A stretch of DNA of 63,825 nt, filler included, from Octopus bimaculoides (GCF_001194135.2; 8 parts of 8 records of this genome joined end to end with filler, not necessarily neighbours in it), one strand, 5' to 3'; positions 25,599 to 37,449 are shown, counted from the first letter of the whole stretch. Program-made: numbers and translations. The notes: generated by a model not told the origin, from the letters alone.

Positions 25599-25805
25599 CT
25601 GTGTTTGTCCCCCCAACATCACTTGACAACCGATGCTGGTGTGTTTATGTCCCCGTAACTTAGCGGTTCGGTAAAAGAGACTGATAGAATAAGTACTAGG
25701 CTTATAAAGAATAAGTCCTGGAGTCGATTAGCTCGACTAAAAAAGGCAGTGCTCCAGCATGGCCACAGTCAAATGACTGAAATAAGTAAAAGAGTAAAAA
25801 AGAGT
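25338..25805 (+). mobile_element. SINE family A, full length
   Basis: A-box-like TGGCTGTGTGG, B-box-like GGTTCAGTTCC, an internal (TG)n tract of ~70 bp, and a tail ending in (AAAGAGT)n. Confidence 0.9.
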
Positions 25806-25841
25806 ATGCAATACTGCAAAAAATGCATTAAATATGTAAAA

Positions 25842-26655
25842 TGATCAATAAGTATCCAGACTGTTGCCATAGTAATGAAGCTAAAACACACAGAATGAAG
25901 TCACTTGGCTCAGATTGACCTTGAACTCTGCTGTGTATGTGCACTAAGTTTTAACGTTCTAGCTCACTTTCCCTGTTTACAGCAGTGCTTGGAAGGAAAG
26001 TGTGTAGCATGTGATCATCGCATTAATCATAACAGAGAAAGTTGAGCAGAGAATCTGCATCAAATTTTGCCAAACTTGGCGAGACCTGCTCAAAGGCCTA
26101 TGCAAAGTTTACAAAAGGTTTTCATTGTTCTCAACACAATCAAGATCTTGTGCAACTGAAACCCGAGTGTCGTTTTGGTCAGCTGAAAGCAGTTTTGACA
26201 CAAACTCGTCAGACACACGTCTCATACCCAAATCTTTAGTGATAATGAACTGAACTGAACTGTAACTAATCTGCACATCCTCTGATAACTCACAGATGGT
26301 GATTTGATAATTTCCCCTTACAGCTGCAATGTTTTTCTCAGTTCTTCTGGTTGTGTGTCTCCCAGAACATTCGTGTGCGGCTCATACACTCTACTCTATA
26401 CACTTTCTTGCAACTTTGTGTAAGCCTGTGAGCAAGTATCGCCATGACAACTTTCTCTGTCATGGTCAATGCGACAATCACATGCTACACACCATCCTTC
26501 CAAGCACTGCTGTAAACAGCAGAAGTGAGCTAGAACATTAAAATTTAGTGCACATGCACAACAGAGTTCAAGGTCAATCTGTGCCATGTGGCTTTACTCT
26601 GTGTGCTTTAGCTTCATTACTGGCAACAGTCTGGATACTTATTGATCAGACCTCA
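25842..26655. mobile_element. Fold-back mariner MITE (two inverted 5' ends, ~260-bp arms)
   Basis: TGATCAATAAGTATCCAGACTGTTGCC... at the left is inverted at the right (...CAGTCTGGATACTTATTGATCAGACCTCA|TA). Both arms end in the start of a mariner transposase (TEKVEQRICIKFCQ). Confidence 0.85.
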
Positions 26656-26949
26656 TAGAACTGTTAATGGATATGGATGTATAAATGCTCTCACATAGCT
26701 TGTATAATGCACATGCACTCGCTCATACAAAGAGTTGCAAAGATGTAAGCATACATACATGTGTGGGTTGGTGCACATACGTTCACATAGTGAGTTAAAT
26801 AGCTACCCGGTGTTTATAAGAATGTGGAGGTTGAAGCCAAATTTAATTTATCCATACTTTAAGGTGGATTATGCTAACAGTTACTCAAAGTCATTCCCAC
26901 TGCATTGTGCGAAAGTGCATTTATATGCATGTAGACATCTTGGAAGTCT

Positions 26950-27262
26950 TTCAGAAATTCTATTCCTGATCTTCTCATCGATCTACAGGATAAACAAGGA
27001 TTCCTTGGAGTAGAGTCGGCATCTCATGGAAAAGATATTATATGGTTTAGCATGCCTAACTATGGACCAAGTTATGTTATATTTAATTTTATCTTCCTTA
27101 AGTTGCCACACAAAATTGACCAAAGATGTTGAATGACTCTTATTGATTTTCTTGAAGCTGGAGACATGGTTGCGATAATGATTATTGAATGAATCAGTCG
27201 TTGTTCCAATGTAAACATACAGCCCTCCCCTTGTGTGCATGGTACATTTATATATAAGAATT
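26950..27262 (-). mobile_element. Penelope-like element, GIY-YIG endonuclease fragment
   Basis: LIYKCTMH...YVYIGTTTDSFNNHYRNHVSSF...TSLVNFVWQLKE...ITWSIVRHAKPY...CRLYSKE is the Penelope-type IY..YIG..R..NH..SF..W..C.LC..EK pattern. Confidence 0.85.
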
Positions 27263-27671
27263 GCACTCATACAGAGTTTCATCAATGGGCATTTTGATTT
27301 CTCTCTGCATGATCATTTATATTTAATTGTATATATGTCAGTTCTGACTTCATTTTCCATATGCTGCTCTAAATTAATAGAATTAGCATAAGATATCAGT
27401 TAGATTTAGGGAATCATTTGTCTAAAGCAGCAAAAATTTCCTAGTGGTCTTGGTTGAAATATGTGGACCAAAGATTGGGTTGTGCCAGAGGACATCATGG
27501 TTCCTATATTTGTTGTTTAGCTTATTTATTCTTGTGTTGTACAAGACTGGAACAATCTATTGTGTTATGAGCAGTAAAATTATTGTGTCGTGTGTGTCTA
27601 TGAGTTTTATTGCCTTGACCAATTCTTCCTGGCTGGTATTCTCAATCTGAGTCAGTTCACATACCATAACA

Positions 27672-28150
27672 TTGTGTTGGTGTGCAGTGTGTATTATTAC
27701 TGGAGGAATTGACAGGGTTATGTATACTTGTGTCTTATATGTAATAAATTTTCTCACAGTATCTAGAAGGTGCATCCAGTGCAAGCTATGGACACATAAG
27801 AGGTGCAGCAGTATCACTGGAAGATTAATGGAGAAAGCAGTTTTTACATGTGGCAGATGTGCAGGTACATTAAACACCAGGAATGTACAAAAAAATGGAC
27901 CCCCCTCAAATGTCAGAGGGGATCCTTAGAAGTAGTAAACAGTTTCTGTTACTTAGGTGACCAAGTTAGTAGAGGGGGAGGTTGTTCTAAAAGCATAGCT
28001 GCTAGAATAAGAATAGGCTGGGCAAAGATTAGAGAGCTACTTCATCTGTTAGTAATGAAGGGTCTTTTCCTCAGAGGGAAAGGTAGATTGTATGATGTCA
28101 GTGTATGAACAGCTATGCTACATGGCAGTGAGACATGGTTTGTGACTACC
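27672..28150 (+). mobile_element. RTE-clade LINE ORF2 fragment with a Cys/His (PHD-like) segment; frameshifted
   Basis: CAVC...RCIQCKLWTHKRCSSITGRL...FTCGRC, followed by SLEVVNSFCYLGDQVSRGGGCS..IAARIRIGW...KGRLY...AMLHGSETW. Confidence 0.85.
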
Positions 28151-29063
28151 TGAGGATATGTGAAGGCTTGAAAGAAGTGAAGCTAGTATGTTCCAATGGA
28201 TGGGTAATGCCAGTGTGCATACACACACACACACACACTTCATTTTTGTATCAGATCTGCAAAATTCCTTATGTGAATTCATGTGTTGAAATAAATTTTG
28301 TTATGTCTGGGGAGAGTCATTGTGCCTTAATATAGCACACTCAATAGTTCAATTTTTCACTCATTTATTTATTTATTCCAGAAAGCTTTTTTTGTTGCTG
28401 CATTTGCAACACTGGGATAAATAAATAAATAAATAAATAAATAAATGAGTGGAAATTGAACCAGTGAGTGTGTTATGCTAAGGCACAATGCCTCTCCCNN
28501 NNNNNNNNNNNNNNNNNNNNNNNNNNNNNNNNNNNNNNNNNNNNNNNNNNNNNNNNNNNNNNNNNNNNNNNNNNNNNNNNNNNNNNNNNNNNNNNNNNNN
28601 NNNNNNNNNNNNNNNNNNNNNNNNNNNNNNNNNNNNNNNNNNNNNNNNNNNNNNNNNNNNNNNNNNNNNNNNNNNNNNNNNNNNNNNNNNNNNNNNNNNN
28701 NNNNNNNNNNNNNNNNNNNNNNNNNNNNNNNNNNNNNNNNNNNNNNNNNNNNNNNNNNNNNNNNNNNNNNNNNNNNNNNNNNNNNNNNNNNNNNNNNNNN
28801 NNNNNNNNNNNNNNNNNNNNNNNNNNNNNNNNNNNNNNNNNNNNNNNNNNNNNNNNNNNNNNNNNNNNNNNNNNNNNNNNNNNNNNNNNNNNNNNNNNNN
28901 NNNNNNNNNNNNNNNNNNNNNNNNNNNNNNNNNNNNNNNNNNNNNNNNNNNNNNNNNNNNNNNNNNNNNNNNNNNNNNNNNNNNNNNNNNNNNNNNNNNN
29001 NNNNNNNNNNNNNNNNNNNNNNNNNNNNNNNNNNNNNNNNNNNNNNNNNNNNNNNNNNNNNNN

Positions 29064-29096
<33 letters not shown>

Positions 29097-29282
29097 TATA
29101 GTCCACAAATGAGATCTGGAGATTCTCTGTACAGATGACAGTAGTGCTCAAAAGATTCAAACTTAGATTCTGATGCGTTTACAGGGAATCGATTCTGCAA
29201 GGTAAAGAAAGGCTATAAGACGGATCAAGTTGAGTGGGTATAAAGGTAATTATGCAGATAAACAAATTAGACACATTAAATA

Positions 29283-30039
29283 TCTATAAATACAAAAGAG
29301 AGATTCTGTCTGTTTGTCCCATGAAGTGAAAGTAAATGGTTCAAGGGAGTCAACACTAATTGTGCACAAACCTATGACGAACTGCGTTGAGGCAAATATT
29401 CTCACTGGTTGTGGTAAAAGTGACACCATCTTCATTCCTCGCATACCAGTTATACCATCTCCCGTTCAGATTTTGCCGTGAGCATTAATAAAAGTCAGGG
29501 CCAAACACTAAAAGTCGCTGGATTGCAACTTGAAGAACAAACAGAAATTGATATATGAAATCCATCTTTTTTCTACTTCAATTGTTACATGTTTTTCTCT
29601 TATATAAAACACACATACATGACGAGTTAACCTAAATCTGACTGACAGGACACAGCATTTGTAATTTCATTGGACTATTACTTACTCTTGCTTTGCCTTC
29701 CGTTCTTGTAATATAGCTTTAGAATTTCAGCACTAACATAGACAGGACACAGCATTTGTAATTTCATTTCACTATTACTTACTGATATTCCTAATCCCCC
29801 AAAAATGTCTACTAAAAAGAAAAGACTGTCAAAAAACGAACACCAAACAAACGCACGACAATGTACAATGCTTTTTCTAAATGAACAGTGATGTTCCGCT
29901 TGACCTGCAGCCTCTTCAGTGCCACTGCAGTCAACTGGATTTCATAAAGTTATTCTTCTATAAGATATACCCATTTTTGTAGCTTCTTGGCCCAAGAAAC
30001 AGTAAAAGTAATTACCCGATCAACAACAAATATTGGTAG
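29283..30039 (+). mobile_element. Non-autonomous Helitron with a PIF1-type helicase relic
   Basis: Starts A|TCTATAAATACAAAAGAGAGATTCTGTCTGTTTGTC. 29350-29540 translates (one deletion/frameshift) to LIVHKPMTNCVEANILTGCGKSDTIFIPRIPVIPS / FAVSINKSQGQTLKVAGLQLEE. The 3' end near 30039 is tentative. Confidence 0.8.
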
Positions 30040-31371
30040 TATTAAATAAATTAGATATAATAGTTTGGGATGAAATACAAAATGTGTATATATTAGTAGT
30101 GACTTCATTTAGGCATAGAGTGGATTCGAACCTGAATCGGCAAATTTCCCATAATATTGCAACAGCACTTTTCTTGCAGAGAAACAATAGTGACAGCAGT
30201 TACATTAACCATATGAGTTTGCCAAGCCGATTTACGTCTTTACCACTTAACCCTTTTGACCTCTTATCACCAAAAGTTGGATTGGGATAACAGACCCCCA
30301 ACAAAATCTATTGTTCTCAACATTATGTCTCTCCTAACTAGTTTTGTATAGTTACAAATACAAGAACTCTGTAAGCCAAAGTCAGTTAGTGAGAACCGAG
30401 TCTGGCTAAACGAAACACTGTTCCTGAAAGAAAAGGCACAGAGAGACAACTATGGTAACTCACCAACGAAGCAGTTGTTTCGTCTCACCACTCTCACTTT
30501 CTTTTCTCCACAACATTACCCTATCTCTATCTGTGGTTTACTACTACACAATGATGAGAATACAAATACAAACTATACAAGGAAAATCTACGATATCCCT
30601 CTTTACCTCGCATGCTTTATGAAATATATTATACACGCTAGCCTGTCGAAGCATGGCATTATATTAAGTAATGGTAAATAAAAAAATTGGAGTCAACATC
30701 GACTTTGATCACTGTTCTTCTTTTGTCTTCATCAACATCATACTGTTACATATGTATACATGCAAAACAGGAGAAAGCAAAAGGCGGAGATGTACAGTTG
30801 ATGAAATTTTAAGTATAAATATATAGATATTTATATTAATAGGTCCAACTTACACAGAGTATAAATGACAGCAAATTAAAGGGATGGAATAAAGGTGTTA
30901 TAAGTCCAACAGCTGTTTCTAGGTGCTTGGAGATCTATAATAATGTTGGTAGATGTAGTTCATTACAATATGCAGCCATCTTTGAACTTCTCTGCATTAA
31001 GATTTGAAAAGCAAGACCTTCTATACCCTAATGACAGAAGCTTGTCTTATTCAATGTTAATTGCGTCCATATGATTGCATACTGTAATGAAATACATGTT
31101 GAGGCTCACTGGTGTGCCACAAGATGATGCTAGGTGTGCTGCAGTGTAACCTGAATATAATTATACTTTTAGCTATAATTTTAGTTCAGGTGTGCCGCCA
31201 AATTTTGAAAAGAATATGAGTGCACCACCAGTGGAAAAAGCTTACAGAGCACTGCCATATAGTCATAGTTGGCGATATAGCTTGCAGCAGGCCTTGTTCG
31301 GTACATGGAACTGCAAAGTCGCAATGATGATGAAACATTGATGTTTGTTTTCTCGCTTGCCTATGACTTAC

Positions 31372-31419
31372 CTTCAGGTGTTTTAAATCCAGGTGCATTG
31401 AGAATATATTCTCTTAGGC
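31372..31419 (-). CDS. Candidate 48-nt coding micro-exon of an unidentified host gene
   Basis: Acceptor CATTTTTTTTAG| and donor GAAG|GTAAGT; frame-preserving (phase 1/1); the only open frame reads xLREYILNAPGFKTPEx. Confidence 0.4.
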
Positions 31420-33614
31420 CTAAAAAAAATGCTGCCAACCCAAGAACTAACACACCCCTTGTGTATGTGTGCTAAATTTTGTTTATATATCTGGTGCTGC
31501 TTCTCATTCATTTGAATATATATATATATATANNNNNNNNNNNNNNNNNNNNNNNNNNNNNNNNNNNNNNNNNNNNTTAATTAATTAANNNNNNNNNNNN
31601 NNNNNNNNNNNNNNNNNNNNNNNNNNNNNNNNAGTGGAATATATTATTTTGTTTAAAAGAGTTCCAACTCTGTCTGTTTTTTTATGTTTTATTTATATTC
31701 TTGTAAAATTAATGTGGGATATAGAATATGGAATATATAATATATAATATAAAAATGGATGGAACAATGAAATGAAGTATTGAATGTCTTATTGATTATA
31801 TGGAATATGTCTTATTGAATATATGAAATACTGAGTGTTCAATATAAAGAATTAAATACATAAATGCGAATACGTATTTTCAATACCTTGTGTATATACG
31901 TAAACTCGACAACGAGGATGAGAGCTTTTCTTGTTTTCATGCCAAAGTAATTTCTCACTTAAGGATCTCGAAATATGACATTGATATGCATTCGCGATGC
32001 CTCTAAACCAAATACCATTAAGACAATCTGAAGCATCTTCTGAACGCTACGTAAAGCAATGCCCTAAATAATCGCCGAACAAATCAGAGGCAATTGTGTC
32101 TCATTGCCGCAACAACCACCCAAGCTAAAATTAATGAAACATAATATAATTCAAACAAAGAAATCCAACCTGCTATAAATGAAATACAAGAGCTGAAGAA
32201 ATCAAACTATTAACATTAAAAAATAACCAACAAAAACTGGTGAAATAAGAGCCAGGCCATTGCAGTCATATTGAAAATAGGATGCAGTATCGTTATTTAC
32301 ACGCCATGTGCCACCAGATATTTTCAAATGTCTTAATTGCTCCTACTAACGAATAACATGTATTTCGCAAACAAAAATTATTAATTAAACATTTTGCAGA
32401 ACATTCAAGACCAAAATTTTACGTATAGACGGCAGATGTCTATAAAGCCATCTAAAGTGGACATGGCAAAGACAAGTGTACAATGCGAGATACTGTGAAA
32501 GAACAGCAGCATTCTGCAACAAAAATGCACTAACATTTTTTTCCAATTAGATGAAAGGATAGAGCAATAGTTGACATGTATTCAAAAAGCACAAACAAGG
32601 CTGCGTTTCTGAAAAGACGTCCATGTTAAATTATCATTCTACATTGTCCATTCATACATCAAGTCACCTGTGATACAAATTAGATGTGTAGGCATCAAGG
32701 ATCTTTTACAATTAACAGTAATTAAATTACTTAGGTAACCTTACCACATGAAACCCAACAGTATGGAAATTACTGAAAGCAATATACTTGAAGGCAGATG
32801 TAGCCGGTGCATCACATTAAAATATGTATTCTCTCGTTCTAGTTGGATGGGAAGTATCTACGATAAAGTTACATGCTGTGACGAAAGAACATTAAAAATA
32901 ACTTAATTAATCAATTAATCTATTTGTGAACTAACAAAGTATCTAATTGGGTTAATTTCTTCCTTTCTCCCCACAAATTTTGAAGTAGGTTACACATTTA
33001 TATACGTATATGTATGTGCTTGTATATGTGTGTGTGTTTGTGCGTGTGTATGTGTGTGTGTATATTTGCCCTCGCGCATGTATGTTTTATATCCCTTTCC
33101 ATTTGTGCGGCACACATCATACATCGAGACGTCTCTCATTAATAGGAACAAACTCTCAGAAGCTGCAAAATAAATCTTCTCACTCGAGAGATCGAGTCGG
33201 AAAGTATAGGTGCGCAAGAACGTTTTATTTCTGTCCTCGAAAAATGCAGTAAAGCAGCGCTTGCTTACTTTAATCTCTATTTGATATATGTCTGACGAAT
33301 AGTATTGACACGGATGCATCTAACACACTTACACGACTGTGCAGACACATTTATAGAGAGAAAGAGAGAGAGGGGGGAAGATAGAGAAAGGGAGAGAGGG
33401 TGAAAACAAGCAATGTTAATTCTCTAAATGAAGTATTAACAGTAACTGCACGATAAAGTGTAGTATATTGCCACTTAAGTGTGGCTGACCCCTAGGGGTG
33501 GATGTTACTGTTGCTTTTAGCCCCAGGAGGACATCTCCTCCAGCTGGCTTATCGACACACGACTGTGTCCTGTTTGCCAAGGGAAGTTATCCCTCTCACC
33601 TCGATCTGCAGCAC

Positions 33615-33657
33615 GAACGTATGCGGATTTCAGGGTTATTTCCCTTCGTCGGCGTCC
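33615..33657 (-). ncRNA. Hammerhead-like motif (U4C core variant)
   Basis: GGACG / CCGACGA / AGGG-AAAUAA-CCCU / GAA / AUCCGCAU / A / CGUUC. Confidence 0.45.
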
Positions 33658-34413
33658 GACAGCTGATGACCTTGGTGAGAGAGACAANNNNNNNNNNNNN
33701 NNNNNNNNNNNNNNNNNNNNNNNNNNNNNNNNNNNNNNNNNNNNNNNNNNNNNNNNNNNNNNNNNNNNNNNNNNNNNNNNNNNNNNNNNNNNNNNNNNNN
33801 NNNNNNNNNNNNNNNNNNNNNNNNNNNNNNNNNNNNNNNNNNNNNNNNNNNNNNNNNNNNNNNNNNNNNNNNNNNNNNNNNNNNNNNNNNNNNNNNNNNN
33901 NNNNNNNNNNNNNNNNNNNNNNNNNNNNNNNNNNNNNNNNNNNNNNNNNNNNNNNNNNNNNNNNNNNNNNNNNNNNNNNNNNNNNNNNNNNNNNNNNNNN
34001 NNNNNNNNNNNNNNNNNNNNNNNNNNNNNNNNNNNNNNNNNNNNNNNNNNNNNNNNNNNNNNNNNNNNNNNNNNNNNNNNNNNNNNNNNNNNNNNNNNNN
34101 NNNNNNNNNNNNNNNNNNNNNNNNNNNNNNNNNNNNNNNNNNNNNNNNNNNNNNNNNNNNNNNNNNNNNNNNNNNNNNNNNNNNNNNNNNNNNNNNNNNN
34201 NNNNNNNNNNNNNNNNNNNNNNNNNNNNNNNNNNNNNNNNNNNNNNNNNNNNNNNNNNNNNNNNNNNNNNNNNNNNNNNNNNNNNNNNNNNNNNNNNNNN
34301 NNNNNNNNNNNNNNNNNNNNNNNNNNNNNNNNNNNNNNNNNNNNNNNNNNNNNNNNNNNNNNNNATATAAGTTTGCCAGGTGTTTGTCTCTCTCACCAAG
34401 GTCATCAGCTGTC

Positions 34414-34456
34414 GGACGCCGACGAAGGGAAATAACCCTGAAATCCTGATACGTTC
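34414..34456 (+). ncRNA. Hammerhead-like motif (U4C core variant)
   Basis: GGACG / CCGACGA / AGGG-AAAUAA-CCCU / GAA / AUCCUGAU / A / CGUUC. Stem I is 5 bp (one G-U), stem II is 4 bp. Confidence 0.5.
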
Positions 34457-34613
34457 GTGCTGCAGATCGAGGTGAGAGGGATAACTTCCCTTGGCAAACA
34501 GGACACAGTCGTGTGTCGATAAGCCAGCTGGAGGAGATGTCCTCCTGGGGCTAAAAGCAACAGTAACATCCACCCCTAGGGGTCAGCCACACTTAAGTGG
34601 CAATATACTACAC

Positions 34614-34658
<45 letters not shown>

Positions 34659-36699
34659 ATAAACACACACACACACACAGAGGGGAAGAGAAGGGAGGGG
34701 AAGAGAATATGTCTATGCATGTCCCTAAATTCATGAGACAGAAAATTTTTGTCTTATATGCTGGTTTAAATGAAACCAAGCTTTTATTTTGAAAATTCAT
34801 TAAAAAATATTTGTTTCCATGTGCTTACCCTTATTTTATTTAATAATGGAATGAATAGATAAATAAAATAAAATTTCAAAAATCATTTATTATATCGGCT
34901 GAGAAAATAAACGAGGAATATAAACAGCTTTGTGAATATTTGAATAACTATTAAACAGAGATTGCATCTCAGACGAATGAGAAATGGAATAAAGTATTTT
35001 TAACGTCAGAACGTTCATTAATAATATTTATGTGCAAAATGATGAAGATATTTTCGACTGTAAAAGTTGGAGTAAATAATTTGAAGTATTATGTTTTAGA
35101 TTTCTGGCTTTAAGCCTAGCATCAATAGACATTTTCTTTACTTTCAGTAACATAATTACTAGTAACGTACAAATGCGGAATGGTAACCAATTTTAATGCC
35201 CCTATGTGAACCTTTTATTATACACTTGTAAACATTTATTTGTGTCCTTATTTCCACTGTGTATTTTTTTGAAAAAACACTATGAACATGATGATCTGAT
35301 TCTGTAGTGTCATCACCAACAATTAATACTGTCATCAGTGTTAACCTTAGTGGATAATACAGTTAAGGGGTGAAACTTGTACGCCAATCGTGTTGACGTT
35401 ATGGGATTAATCTAGCAAATCAGAAATTCTGACGAAAATTGGCTAAAAGTATAGAGTATATTGGAATTAATATCCTATCTTCAAGTGTATATGTGCCATT
35501 GCTACATTTAATGATATAGAAACGTCCAACTTCTCTTTCGTGATGGCTAAGAGAAAATGAAGAAATAAGATGGAAGTGAATGGAAAATAATAAAAGATCT
35601 AAATATATTTAAACTCATTCCTTAATTTTCTTATTTATTTCCAAAACATTATGCCTATATGAAAGGATATATGTATCACTTGCTTTCTACTTCTCCTTGT
35701 CTGATATTTTCTTAGGCAACACGGTCTGATAATGTAACAAATCTTCAATCACACGTTCATTTCACTAACAGATTAAAATACTTGTATGTCTAATATTGGG
35801 AAAATGTCCCATTCATGACTACTGCACGAAAGAACACAAAGGTAAGTGGAATTTAAAATAATGTATTGAGGCTTTTAACCAAATGTTAAAATATTTAAAG
35901 ATTTACCTGCAGTAAAAAGAAAGATTATTAACTTTGATTAATAAAAGAGATCAAGAACATCAAGGTAGACAATCTTACCATTGAAATCTATTAATTTATT
36001 CTGAATGAGATACTCACTAGTGGGCGAATCGTATATTTAGAAGATACAGATTCTCAGAATATGCTTCGGTTTTGCTTCGCTTCCGCAGCTGAGAGCAGTT
36101 TATCTAGTACTACCTCAACTTCGGTGAAAAACGTTTAAAGTGAAAAAATTTAACGATTTTCATCTATTTAATCATTGCTTGCTGTCTGCGGCTTACTATA
36201 CTAAATTGTCAAGATAGAAAGAGTAAAAAGAAAAGAATTGTTAAAAGTTACGCTTGCAACAAATATCAGAACTATTAACCGTTTCAAATAAAAGAAAAAA
36301 GAAAGATATTTTTTTTCTTTCTGCTAAAAAATGTCTAATATGATATTGAAAATGTACTTATAAAAAGTCATTGATAGTAAAATAAATAATCTATCGCCAC
36401 CTGAGCATTTAAGAGGACTTGATAAGGGAAGATATATAGGACATATTTTCTGGCCTAACTCACAGGATCAAGGTGGTTTCTGCCACAGAGCTGTCAAAAC
36501 ATCTCCAAACAGTGTGACCGTTTTACGAGAACAGCTCCAGTTCTCTAGTTGTAGCCACCCGAATACTGAAAAAGAGTTAACAGTGCCGTGAGGATTCGCG
36601 TTGGTTATCAAAATGTCCTCATTATGACTACTGATCAATGGTCTGCGAAAACTGTAAAAGCTGTAAGACATGAAGGAACAACTGCAATAGAGACTGCGA

Positions 36700-37225
36700 A
36701 ACCATTGGAGCAGGAAGCATGGAGTTTAAGTGGGTCGTCAAGGAAGCATTGTCTCCAATGAGAGTGAGAGCAATACCCTCCATAATTCTGAACAAGGTCT
36801 TAAGCTAAATTTAGATGGCTATCTGAATCTGCTGGAGACCGAGGTTAATACGTCACTGGAGAGGGTTGCTCCCTAAAGGCCATATGTGTGGCAGCAGGAC
36901 TTATCTTCTTTCCATACATCCGGAAAGGGCCAGAGGTTGTTGTGAGAAAATTTCTACATCACCAGCTTCCTAACTCTCCAGCTTATAATCAGTAGGCATA
37001 CCACATGTGGGACACAGTTGACAAAAACGCCAAATACTCTGTTTGCAATTCCAAGACTGATCTGCTGGCCAAGATTGCGAGGTGTTCGAAGATCGTCCAA
37101 GGCGCACAGCGAGGAAGGCGTGTAGCCTTCCTCGCCTTGGGCGATCTTGTGCGCTGTGCGCCTTGGTTTCGGAAGCGCCTTGAGGTCATTGTGGTAGCTG
37201 AGTGCTGCAAGCATGAGTAAACTAT
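36700..37225 (+). pseudogene. Highly degenerate DD37D-type mariner transposase relic
   Basis: GLKLNLDGYLNLLE...RPYVWQQD...HTSGKGQRLL.ENF aligns with the 24191-24769 protein; it ends in an RKRLEVIVVAE-like C-terminus. Confidence 0.65.
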
Positions 37226-37286
37226 CTCCCTGCCAAAACCTAGCTGACATTTTTTGATGTTTTAAAATACTATTATTTTTGGATTC

Positions 37287-37449
37287 AAGGTTATTATCAG
37301 TTCAAATATGTTTGGGGCACACTCAAACCCGTAAGAAAGCCATTCACTGTGTTTGGCCACGATGAAAATTTCTCCATTAGAAAACACAGTGAATAGCGTA
37401 TTTACGGGTTCGAACACGTCTCAATCATATTTGAACTGGTAATAACCTT
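37287..37449. mobile_element. Small hairpin MITE-like inverted repeat
   Basis: ~68-bp arms AAGGTTATTATCAGTTCAAATATG...ATTCACTGTGTTT and an imperfect reverse complement, separated by a ~27-bp spacer. Confidence 0.65.

Larger units (their letters stand above)
33408..34614. mobile_element. Long-inverted-repeat element (family G) with hammerhead-like motifs in both arms; centre is an N gap
   Basis: 33435-33686 is the reverse complement of 34385-34614 apart from 2 substitutions. Further family fragments lie at 38519-38583 and 52287-52439. Confidence 0.75.

Noticed and set aside
31186-31340. Open frames near 31190-31340 (VPPNFEKNMSAPP...)
   Set aside because: The DNA resembles a decayed hAT MITE end (GTGTGCCGC...GGAAAAAGCTT...GCACTG); no coding support.
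32746-32773. Possible 28-nt minus-strand micro-exon (TTTCAG|...|GTAAGG)
   Set aside because: Its phase is incompatible with direct splicing to the 31372 candidate, and it is too short to support alone.
35772-35841. Possible plus-strand exon (AG|...AAAG|GTAAGT; IKILVCLILGKCPIHDYCTKEHK)
   Set aside because: Good donor but weak acceptor, and no supporting neighbours or recognisable peptide.
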